A stretch of 64,000 nucleotides of DNA, taken from the NCBI GenBank assembly GCA_030704615.1, contig CM060733.1, forward strand, positions 1,240,001 through 1,304,000, in the 5' to 3' direction. Source of the stretch: Takakia lepidozioides (taxonomy: Eukaryota > Plantae > Bryophyta). Below are positions 12,801 to 23,873 of this stretch, piece after piece. The number at the start of each line of letters is the position of its first letter. The stretch's first letter is position 1. The translations under genes and the position numbers were made by a program. The notes beneath the pieces were generated by a model. That model was not told the DNA's origin, did no database searches, and saw nothing but the letters and a program-made list of their open reading frames with translations.

Positions 12801-15800
12801 ACGAAGGCCATCTGCTTCGTAGGTACTCACTAATTCTTCAAGTAGCAGCATCCCTGTCAGAGATATATCCATGTAAACGCAGAGTAGACTCCAGACATTT
12901 GAAAAATAAAAGAATTAAACTTGTAAATCCATCTTACAAGCAATCAGTAGAAAGAGAGGACCTTCGTAGTGTAATACAAAGACCATGAAAAATTCAAAAA
13001 ATACGGAACAAACAGAACAATGCAGTAATCTGAAGAGTCAATGACAGATAACAAGACCATTCAACTACTTTTTAAATAGCAAGTGACTAGCTGCTATGAC
13101 TTCCCACTCACTTCCTGAATTCCCAACAGTGGGTGCAAATCTACTGAGTTTCTGAAATCATTCCAAAGGATAGCAAGAAACAGCAAAAGGAACAGTTTAG
13201 CAATCAAACATCATCGAGGCAACAACACAAAACATAGCGAGCACTAAAATGGACCCTAAAAGAAAGGACAGCACAGAACAGCAAATTAACAATTCCTTGA
13301 GGCACCAGCTTGTCACTACTTGGAAGCTCCACATCCCCAGAGTGACAGAAAATCTCATCGACGTGTACTTAGTAAAAACTCCATTTAGTATATTATAGTA
13401 ACAATTATGATCCACTTGATCTGTATCAAGCTGAGAACCAGTGACAGATGCAGATGTGGACTTCTTCCTTCTCTACATCACTACCATTCCATTCATAACA
13501 AGGATCTTTGGCGGGTTGGAGGAGGGACATCAGGAAAGGACAGCATACAGAGACAGACAAGACAATCCTTCGTCCAACCTGAAACGCGGCAACTGTAAGT
13601 AACATCATCTTCATCAGCAACATATTGATTTGGATCTGACGACCAAGTTTGTACCTATATTCCAATTCACAGAGAAACCTGAGGCTTTGATCCGTACATC
13701 TACCACTGCCACAGAAGTAAACGTAGATACATCAAATAATAACACAAAAAGCTAGTCAATTTCTTTCAAAAAAAAACACACTGACCAAAACAAGTACTGA
13801 TTCAGGGACAAGCAAAGGGCTCAACAAAGACTGTCCTTTCAACGTGCAATATTCTTCAGATAACCGTGGTGGTGTAGAGAAATGATTAGACCAACTCAAT
13901 ACATCTTAGTGCACGTCTAGGATAATCTGGTTGGGACAAACGGTAGCCTATTAAAGCTTGTCAATCCTATTGCTCAGCTTATGGGCTCTAAAGTTCGCCA
14001 AAACAAGTCTCGAAACAATAAAAAGTACCTGTTCCTCAGTCATTTGCATATAGCCGATCGTGTAGTATACCAACTCACCCACACTCTTCTGCACTATCTG
14101 CTTAGACGGAAGATTGAAACATATTATGAAAACTTCATATATTAGTCGTCAAATTACAAACCATACCCAAAGCTACTACAAACATGCACTGCATCTCAAT
14201 GTACTGACATCTTTCCACTGCCTTCCAATCTGTCGTGCAGAGACAGACCTTACTGAAGCGAGGGCTGGACACAGCTGTCAGCAGGAACTCGAACAGCTGC
14301 CAAACACACAACTATTTCAGAGTCAAACCCCATAAAACATAGACAAGCTTCCCTGTTGGACTTACTAACTGTGGAAACAAACTCTAAGCTACCAAATTGG
14401 ACAGTTGAAGGAAGAATGTCAACCTGAATTGCAAAAGCTTCCAAACTTTGATCGCTTCCATCCGAATCCGCCAAGCCAGCATAGGACTCCTGTGACCCTT
14501 GGACCGATGCTAGCTCATACACATTCAAGCCTGAGACAAATGTCTGCCATAACGGACCAAGCACCACTGGAAAGACAATGTTTAAGTTCAAAGAAAGGAT
14601 ATACGTAATACTGTTCATGTATTACCTATGTACATGAGACTACACCTGCCATAACCAATGGCCCGTAACAGCTCACCCCCACTCCTGTCTGCTTGTCGGG
14701 TCAACACAATGTTGGCTGCACGCACCTAAAATTGGAGAAACACCGCCTTTTGCTTCAAACTGGTGGAACCTAACGAGGTGTATGAAGGGTAGTCATTTGC
14801 TACACAACTGGGGAGAACTCAGTGCATTCTTCGTCTCAAAGGTCTAATGTCCTATGACTATACAAATTGCTCGTGATCCTGACAATCAGCATGCATATTG
14901 CAATGTCCATCAGTCAGATGCCAAGAGTTGTGGAAGTTTTCGTTCACCTGGAAACTCTGCTGATGCCAGTTTGGGAAAGTTCTCAACAATCCGCATCAAA
15001 GTTTTTAAAGCCTGCCAATAAGTAACCAGATTCTTTGTTTCAGAGAAGTAAGAAAAGTCTAGGCAAAACAAAATCAACTGATCTGGCCGCTTGCAGTATT
15101 GTACAGCTCCTACTTTGCATTTTCTTCCCTAAATTTTCCCTTTGTAATCAAAATTCCTTCCTGACTGAACACGCAACACAAAAGATGTGAGACCATAGTA
15201 ACACAAATCCATTGGCTTATCCTCGGGAACAATTCTATGGATGCCTTTGAGCTGGCAAACATTTTCTAGATAACAATTTCACACTGGGGCCAGGAGGTCA
15301 TGCATTATGCTGTAATGCTATGGTCTACAGAAACGTACTGCTGTACTGTCCCCAAACAGTCTCAGCTTCACCACAACTTAGTAAGGACTACAATCTGCAC
15401 TGGTATGCTCAAACATATCACTCGGCATCAAAGTAACAGTCCTTTGAAGATCACTTGACAACACCACTCTTACGTGACTGGAGGAAATTTTGTCAAGCAC
15501 ATGCATTCCACTTGCAATAAAGCCTGCCTAGAAAACCGAATTTTGGTCATCATGTAGCAAAGAGACACAGATGTCAGTTGACATACCTCCATTCTCAGGC
15601 CCCAATCACCAGTATCCTCAGCAGGTACGGGCGGGGACAAGATTTGAGCAAACTGTTCCATCCACGCTTTGAGCATGGGTGACATCAGCGCCCTCGTTTC
15701 CGACTGCAATTTCTCCCCCCAGAACAAACACAAGATTGTTAGGAAGAAAGTAAGGGGTGCAGCGATTCATATTCCTGACACCTTCAAACACTTTACTAAA

Positions 15801-18800
15801 GACTCATGGCGGTGTTGGACACTAGAGCGCAGGATGACATAGGCATATGCATAGTAACCCCTATCCCTATCCATACCCTTCAGAGTCAAAAGATAGAAAC
15901 ATTACAAACCAGCGCCTGAATTGTAATTAACCTTATCAGCTGCAAAATCTTTCCAAAACATAAATTGAACAGCTTAACACACCTGGTACGCACCACTCAT
16001 GACTCCCAGGGTAGAAATACAACTGTGCAAAATGATGAGAGCTCGCCGTCGCAATGAGGGCTCATAAGCCTATACCCAGCCAGCAACAGACTGACTTTGA
16101 GGAATCGTCAAGCCTGTACTCTCAGCATGAACAGTCTCATACACCAATGTTCACTAATCTCAAGAAGCTAAGCAAGACCACAAATTCCCAGAGTAGCTGT
16201 AGGCTGGTCCTAAGAAAAGTTTACATTGACAGAAGTCAAGCTTACTTCTGTAGAGGAGACAATGGCATAGAGAGATGGAAAAAGCACTGGCACTAAGGGG
16301 GGCAATTGGACATCATCAAGATCACCAGCGAACAGTGCCAAACACCTCAATGCTCCATGAACTGCCACACACTCCCAAGCACCACCTTAGCTAGCAGATC
16401 CATAATGACCAACCAACCAACTTCACCCACAGAGCACAACTACACAGTGAACTTCAACAAAAAATCCTACTGTCACAGGTATAACAACAATCCCGAGTAA
16501 GGATATCAGGACCGGCAGGAGAAGAACAACCGACGGAGAGTTTAAGTCGGCAAGGAGCTTGAACTCTGACTGTGCCCTGCTATGTACCAGCTACCTCTGC
16601 ATTTCATATCGTAGACTTAACCCAATCTGCATGTATATGGGCTCAACCTGAGCATTTCCAGGATGTCGGAAAATGCACAGTTGCAATTCTTTTGAATTCC
16701 AGTTTCTGAAAAGCTCCCACATGTACAAGTTCTTTGATCCCAACAGCCACACAGTTGATCCACACAGATTGCACCTGAGACTGCTATCATGGTCTTTCTG
16801 TTGAACTACTTAATGGAGGCAGCACAGAATGTCTGTGACCATCTTGCCATTGCTTGGTTCCTTGAACACACTTCAGATTGTCTTTACTCAAAATCCAGTG
16901 TGGACAGGCTGCTCACAATGTCTCTACTATTTTTTGCAATAGCAATACTGAAGTCTTTGGATTGACCGTCTGGGAAGCAGGTTGCCTGTGGCTTGAAGCT
17001 TGCATGGTTTTTGGACATAAAAAGGCTCACCATCATTTTGTTGATGTTTTAGGAGCACGTGCGGTGATGTCTCTTTGGCTCCATACCTTCAATGTTCCTC
17101 CATCATCCTCACCTCATATGCATATTATCTCCAAATTTCTTGGTGGAGAAATAATGCAAGAACCTTTGTGTCCTATTTAGGATCCATCAAACATACCTTT
17201 GTTCACATCTCTACGATCACTGATCAGGCCAAGCAAGTGACCCATCAACTCCGGCCATTCCTCAGGCCAATCCCAGTTTGCAATTGAGGCGATTGCCATG
17301 CCAACAGCAGTGCGTATTTTGCCATGCGGATCCTCCAGTGCCTGAGGAAGGAGTCTGCGAATTGCTGCCTGGCAAATATACATTCACACCTGGCATCCAA
17401 TAAATATCATACATTCTCGCAGAAATTTGCCCATAATCAGCTTTAAGAACTGCCTAATTGACATCCTGCGATGCACTATTGAGAACCAACCCCACAGCAA
17501 TTTGGTATGCATCATTTCAGCCAGAAGAAAACACCCACCCCCCAAACACAATTACAATCCTCAACAAATAAAAACTGTGGCGTATAGAAGTCGGACAAAG
17601 CAAGGAAGTTTTGGCTACACATCGTACATCATAGCGAGTGTTGCAAGGCGGTCAGTCAGTACATGCCATCCCTCTCTCAGTCTATTTCTTTTCTCTCTGA
17701 CACACTCATTCATATCTTGCCAACCATTCATGTATTTTGAACCTCCTCTATTGAAGCCACATGTTTTATCTAAGGCTATCAAGTTAAAAGATCCAATTTA
17801 ACCTTGTCTTGCGGGGAGGCCACAGGTGGCACAAAATTCTTCTCTCCATCTTGCCAGTGCTGCTTCACATACTGCTTGAGTAACACTGCAGCTAGGTGGC
17901 CCATGTTGTTATGGATATATTCGTCACAATGAAGCAGTTTTACTCGAAGTAAGTCCATAAATTACCACAAAATGTACATTGCTATATTGTCAATGCCTGG
18001 AACTTCAGATAGTGGCTTCATGATTAGTAGAACATACATGCCTAATGAAGTCAAAACATGACAAAACAAGTAATCTGCAGGTGTTAAGAAAAAGGAGGAG
18101 TGAAAGGCAAAGAAGTGGAACCGTTTTTAGAGCATTATGTTGTACCTCGGAGCCATTACTCCTAAATTGAGATGGAGCATGGGAGAAGAAAGGCAAAAAC
18201 ATCCAGCAATAATAGTGCACTGGTCTTAGGAACACTGGAAGTCAATTATTTCTGAAGTCTCAAGCAAACGCATTACAACCTTCTCCTTCATATATCCCTA
18301 GCAACCAAGAATCTTGTCTGAAAGGATATCTGCCGCAAACCCAAGGGTAACTCCCCATTAACGGTGACATTCGTCAAGGCCACCCCGTAACCTAAGGCCA
18401 CCCACAATGGAGGAAGAAGGTGTCAGTAACTCAAATCCAACCATTACATTGAAGTGCTGCTTCCCTGTAGTTTGAATGTCTTTAGCTGTGCATGAGGGCT
18501 CTGACTATCTGGGACTGAGTTTCATACCCTGGCGGGTTGAATCCCAGGGCATCCTCAGCCTTCATAGATACTGGTGTACAATTTGCAATCCCAATTGAAT
18601 CAGCAAACCGGTACATTGGGCATCTTCTTAACTTGCAGCCTAAAAGGGTCAGCACTCCAAAGATGTCAACATACAGAACGGGAGTTGGGCTTTACCTGGA
18701 TGCAGAGAGGCCTGCATCAGAGCCTGCTCGGCAGCAGTGCGTGTGTGCACGTTAGCATCTAGCGTGGCATTCAAACATGAGATAAGCCAAACTTGCCCTC

Positions 18801-18828
18801 CATCCACAGCATCCCCTCCATTTGCCAT
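802..18828 (-). CDS. IPO9: Importin-9 (karyopherin-beta family), multi-exon
   Basis: Hand-spliced exons give importin-9-like sequence: 18828-18696 MANGGDAVDEGQVWLISCLNATLDANVHTRTAAEQALMQASLHP; 18391-18330 GYGVALTNVTVNGELPLGLRQ; 17895-17803 LAAVLLKQYVKQHWQ; ~17370-17197 DPHGKIRTAVGMAIASIANWDWPEEWPELM; ~13670 WSSDPNQYVADEDD; ~3650-3583 GIVTRSRAKVAPDRW; 1879-1799 INLSSYLVDFIKQFAQRDRVSFDLLCQ; 855-802 ELSVSEKSAIQAALVTE*. Not every internal exon boundary was resolved. Confidence 0.93.
926..1050 (-). mobile_element. Two short diverged family A LINE 3'-end copies
   Basis: Reverse complement of the family A tail (GAATGTACTCAT...TTGCCATAGCC) occurs twice, in the last importin-9 intron. Confidence 0.55.
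5510..5665 (+). mobile_element. Two tandem family A LINE 3'-end copies
   Basis: CCAAACTG...GG(T/C)CACAAGGCTA...GAGT(A/G)CATTCTAT repeated twice. A further diverged copy lies at ~7090-7155. Confidence 0.65.
6246..6442 (+). mobile_element. tRNA-derived SINE (family S1)
   Basis: A-box TAGCCCAGTTGG and B-box GAGTTCAAATCC followed by a non-tRNA body. Homologous along its length to the reverse complement of 35690-35870. Confidence 0.7.
12056..12652 (+). mobile_element. Head-to-tail cluster of family A LINE 3' ends plus a ~370-bp 3' fragment
   Basis: Three ~50-85 bp copies, each ending in (TC)n, follow a (TC)n tract. Sequence from 12283 then encodes PEQPEDSIHFLIHCPGYSHQR, a LINE ORF2 C-terminal CCHC-type finger remnant, and ends in the same 3' motif. 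Confidence 0.8.
17896..18329 (-). other. U12-type (minor spliceosome) AT-AC intron in importin-9
   Basis: Minus-strand donor ATATCCTTT starts at 18329, a branch-point-like TCCATAAC lies at 17915-17908, and the terminal AC is at 17897-17896. Splicing joins ...GLRQ|LAAVLLKQ... in frame. Confidence 0.92.
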
Positions 18829-19509
18829 CCTTTAGTGTAGTGCGAATTACACCCAGCTTCACACTTTTCATGCCAGATGGTTCGGAAATGCTGTGTCTCT
18901 CCTAACAGCTAGAGGAAGCCACAGGAGCCACAAGAAAGCCACAGCATCATTATGCGTTGTAAGTTTTCTGCTTCCCGACTACTAATCCTGCCACACTAGC
19001 TGCAAGGAAAGCTACATGAACTGTAATAAGGACCTTCCGAGGCCAGAAAATCTTGTCTTAAATAGCGATGCATATTCATTGCCTTCCCTCCACCACTGGG
19101 CCAGTGACAAATGATTCATCCTGCAAACCCTGAACCCATAGAAACAATAGCTCTTGAATCGAGTGAAACATTTTGTCTCAAATGCTGCAGTTCCTTCTTC
19201 CACACCTCCAACAACTATGGCACCTCCAAAGATGTGATTATGGACAAAAATGCAAACCGTGCGCTCGAAAGGTGCCAGGACATCTCAGAATAAACAAGCC
19301 CGGTGAGAATATTTTGCAGCAAACCAAATCTGAAAAACATCATAATGCTAAAACTTACCCAAGGAAACCAACATTCACCTGAAATTGGTGCTCTCCAATA
19401 CTAGATTCTTTTCAATCACCAAAGCTCTTGCAGAATCCAACATAGAGAATTTCCAAACACGCGCTCCATCTGGTCCACGTTTGCATTTGAGTTCACCCGA
19501 TTTGTCTAG

Positions 19510-19735
19510 CAAGTGAGGTTTTCGAGAAGGGTTTTAGGGGGGACGTCAACGCAGACACGCTATCACTGAAATAAACCCTAATCTAGCAAGCACTTTATAA
19601 CCGACCAAATATTTTCAAATCTCTCCGGTTAATTAGGTTGACTCGGGCCTGGTAGGCCCTGTGTCAAGCTGCGGGAGGTTTCTTATCATGCAGCAGATAA
19701 GGGACTAGACTGTTGTGGAGGTGAAATGGGCGGCA
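19510..19735. promoter_or_regulatory. Putative bidirectional promoter between importin-9 and the PDF-PPR-DYW gene
   Basis: Short gap between divergent genes. Telo-box AAACCCTAA at 19573-19581 and site II-like GGGCC/GGCCC motifs at ~19644-19660. A probable importin 5' UTR intron donor lies near 19357 on the minus strand. Confidence 0.5.
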
Positions 19736-22700
19736 ATGCTGGGCGCTAGATCCTTACATGTGATGGCTATGACGTCTCGGCGGGCTCCTGCGATACTGAA
19801 AAGAGGTCAGACATGCAAGTCTTGGATTTTTGCAGCTATCCAAGCTCTAGATATCGTCCTTGATCGATCCCAGCAGATATTAGCCCATATTGTCGAAAAA
19901 GTACACTTTAGGGACCACACAAGACTGCTGTCCTCCTTCCATCAGCTCCTGCAGTATAAGCTGAAGTATGTGAAACTTATAAGCGGTTCTCTTCTTTCGA
20001 CTCATCCTGTGAGAGGGAGAGATGTACTTATTTACATGGCTACCGCAGCCCCTGTGCCATATGCAATTTTGGACCATATATCACCTGTTGTTCTCTTAGG
20101 CCTAGCCCATGGAAGCCCATCAGCAACACAATTACAAGCATTTTGAGTTCACACTGTAACGTAGAGGGCAAGAGACTATCCACGGGGCAGAAATTGATGA
20201 GGCTCCTTGGTGCTGTGAAGAGCCACAGCAGCAACGAGAATCCGGTTGCAGGGGACTTCTGTTGTAACAGCTGGTACGGACATCATTCTAGAAAACACAT
20301 TGATTCAAGCTGCTGTGCTAGCCCCAACAGAGTGAAGCATACGCCTGTGATTGCACTATGAAGTACAGGGGGACAGAGAGAGAGAGAGAGGTTTATGTTA
20401 TGGAAAGCCTGAACTAGCATTCCTCAACAAGACTAGGGAATTAGTAGCTGGTCAACATATATTCTTAGTGGTGTTTGCTTGCAGCTCAAGCAACAGGAAT
20501 AGAGCAGATGTGGAAGGAGTTCTCATCAGATTCTTGGCTATGGTGGGACAATAGGTCTGACAAGGTGAGGCATCTCTATCCTGATCATTTGCTAGGATCA
20601 AGAGGATATTGATCCACAGCTGTTATAATGCATTTTGTAGACTGGTCAATGGTTCAACCGCATGGTTAATGCCTGTTAAAGACTCTTGTCTGTCACACCT
20701 GACTTCTTGTTGGACCAGTTGGTCATCCACCTTAATGTTGAAGTGGTTTTGTACAAAGTTTTGGTCCATTGTTTGAAGCAGTGATGGTGCAGCTTTGGGT
20801 TTTATAGTCTGGTCTTTAAAAAGCTGTGGCGTGCTCAATTGCAACTGGGTGTTTTCACAGAAAATTCGAAGATCACCAGACTCCAGACTAAAGTGCAGAA
20901 AGGAGGCCATTTGGATAGAGACCTGGTTGAAGCCACACTTGTGTGAAAGCAGAACTGGCTGCCAGGACTCACGGTCCAGCACTATGGCATGGAGGATGGA
21001 TAGCTCTAATTGAACTGTGAGTACTGGAGCAAGTTTCACGACAGGACCACAGTTTCTGGTGGGATTATGGTCAGAGGACAGAGTCTGGCCAACAAGGGGC
21101 TGTGGAGAAACGTGAGTATCACCCTTGATGAGCCTGCATTCTTGTGTGTTGAGGCATAGAGAGAGCCCAGAGTGACTTCCAAAAACTGTGTACATCAAGG
21201 GCTTTGTGCAACAAAGTACAACAGCACTCCTCAAAAGAGACTAGGCAAGCAGAGGGCTGCCAAAGTTCTCATGTTCTTGCAGTTCTTGCATGTAGGTCAA
21301 GCAATGGGCATACAACATTTCTGGCGGGAGTTTCTTTCAGATCCTTCACGGTGGTGGGACGGCGAGTTTGAGAAGGTCAGGCTCACGTCATCCAAGACAT
21401 CATAGAGTTGATCAAGCAGAGTGTGAAAGTTGGTTCGTCAAAGGTTGTTCAAGGTTGTTATTTGAAGATGCTTGGGGCTTCAGTGGTTGTAGCCTGGTCT
21501 ATGAAAGACTGGTTGAAGATATGGCTGCTCAGCTGGTCTCTCGTGGTCTTTGCAGGATAGTCCACGATCACCAGACTTCACACTGAACCACCTAAAGGAA
21601 GTCCTTTGGATTGAGAGTTGGTCGAACCCTCGTTGGGTGAAAGCAGAACTAGGTGGCATAATACACGGTCAAGCACTATATGGTGATGACCCTAGTATCA
21701 ATGTACATGATGGAGTGTCAAATCAAGAATACAACAGGTATTGCTTGATGATGACTCAAGAGTTGGTCAAACACATAGAAGTGCTACTCAAAGTAGATGA
21801 CTGCAGTAGTGCCGTAACCCTGTTACTCTGTAGGGAAAACCATGTTGGCTCGAAGATATGTTTCTTTCAAGCATGTAGGAGCTTTCAAGTATCTTATGTG
21901 CATTTCAGTGTAATGGTTTGGAGGTAAGCTTTTAGCTATCATGCAGGATGGCAGGTTTGAAGGAGGGGCACCAGACTGGCAGTACTTGTACCACCTCCAC
22001 TGTCAGTTCTGCTTTTGAAAGAGCACCAAGACAGGGAGCCAGCAAGAGCTCTTCTGGCCCTGTTGGGTATGTGAGGACTCTTTGTGAGGCAGGACGTCTG
22101 AAAGAGGCACTGCACATTTTAAACCAACAAGGCATTCAGGCAGACACCACTACTTATGTCTCTCTCTTGCGGGAGTGCATCAACATCAAAGACCTAGAAG
22201 AGGGAAAGCAAGTGCACTCCCACATTCTCCAGGGTGGATTGAAGCCAAGCATTTTTCTATTCAACACCCTTGTCAACATGTATGCAAAGTGTGGGAGCGT
22301 GGTGGCTGCACGTCAAGTTTTTGATAAAATGTCCGAACGAGATATGTTTACGTGGACAATAATGATAGCAGGATATGCCAAGCATGGGTGTCGTTGGGAG
22401 GCTTTAAAGATCTATGATCAAATGCAACAGGAAGGGGTCACACCTAACAGAGTGACGTTCATTTGTGTTCTCAATGCATGTGCCAGTCTAGGAGCCCTCG
22501 AAAAGGGGAAAGAGGTCCATGTTGACATTATCAAAGCTGGAATTGAGTCATACATCAACTTGGAGAACACCCTTGTTGACATGTATGCCAAATGTGGTAG
22601 TATGAAGGATGCACATCAAGTGTTCCACAGAATGGCTCGACGAGATGTGGTGTCGTGGAGTGCAATGATTTCAGGATATGTTCAGCACGGGTGTAGTAGG

Positions 22701-23873
22701 GAAGCCCTCCAACTACTTGAACAAATGCAATGGGAAAGGGTCTCACCTAACAGGGTTACATTCATTTGTGCTCTCAATGCGTGTGCAAACCTAGGTGCCT
22801 TGGAAAAGGGCCAAAAGATCCATTTTGACATCATCAAAGCTGGAATTGCGTCATACCTAAATTTGGAGACTGCGCTGGTTGACATGTATGCTAAATGCGG
22901 GAGCATGGAGGAGGCGAATCAGGTGTTCAATAATATGGCTAGACGGAATGTGGTCTCATGGAGTGCAATGATGGCAGGATATGCACAGCATGGGTGTGGT
23001 AGGGAGGCCCTCCAACTATTTGAACAAATGCAACAGGAAGACTTGAAGCCAGACAGTATCACCTTCATCTCTCTCCTCTCTGCATGTAGCCACGGGGGCC
23101 TGGTGGATGAAGGCCGCCACTACTTTGATTCTATGAGCCAACATCATGGCCTCACTCCTACAGTGGAGCATTTTGGCTGCATGGTGGACCTTCTTGGCCG
23201 TGCAGGGCGATTGCATGCAGCAGAGGACTTTATCAACAAAATGCCAATCAAACCAGGTGCTGGTGTGTGGGGGGCCTTGCTTGGTGCCTGTAGAATCCAT
23301 GGCGATATGGAGGCAGCAGAACATGTGGCAAAAAGCTTTCTGAAGAGTGATCCACAGCACCCTGCCCCTTATGTGCTGCTATCAAATATCTATGCTGCAG
23401 CTGGCGGGTGGGATGATAAAGCGAAGGTAAGAAAAATGATGGAGGACAGAGGTGTCAAAAAGGAAGCAGGGCGTAGCTGCATTGAGGTGAACAACCAGGT
23501 TCATACATTTGTTGCAGAAGACAGATCCCATCCACAAACTGAGGAAATCTATGCTGAGCTGAAGAGATTATCTGAGCAGATGAAGGATGCTGGGTACGTT
23601 CCTGACACACGCTTTGTATTGTATGATGTGGAGGAGGAGCAAAAGGAACTTTCACTTTGTTACCACAGCGAGAAAATGGCCATTGCTTTTGGGCTCATCA
23701 GCACGCCTCCTCTTACACCTATCCGTGTTATCAAAAACCTTCGGGTGTGTGGTGACTGCCACACTGCCACAAAGTTCATCTCGAAGATTGTTGGGCGAGC
23801 AGTTATTGTCCGGGATGCCAACCGCTTTCACCACTTTGAAGATGGGTTGTGTTCTTGTGGGGACTACTGGTGA
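19736..23873 (+). CDS. PLS-class PPR-DYW protein with N-terminal OSB-type PDF motif(s), spliced gene model
   Basis: Proposed exons: 19736-19805 ([23 protein letters not shown], presequence-like, phase-1 donor); 20485-20564 ([26 protein letters not shown]); 20861-21111 (damaged PDF half); 21296-21375 ([26 protein letters not shown]); 21556-21737 ([32 protein letters not shown]...); 21947-23873. All proposed junctions are GT-AG. The last two junctions are phase-compatible; the 5' exon path is less certain. Confidence 0.72.
21947..23873 (+). CDS. PPR-DYW exon: PLS repeat array, E1/E2 and DYW cytidine deaminase (organellar C-to-U editing factor)
   Basis: Repeated P-L-S triplets, then P2-L2-S2, E1/E2, a PG-box variant ([11 protein letters not shown]), the HSEK and CGDCH zinc ligands and terminal CSCGDYW. 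The 641-aa frame is uninterrupted. Confidence 0.97.

Noticed and set aside
20623-21234. 203-aa minus-strand ORF
   Set aside because: No recognisable motifs; it is antisense to the PDF exons and introns and is most likely a chance open frame.
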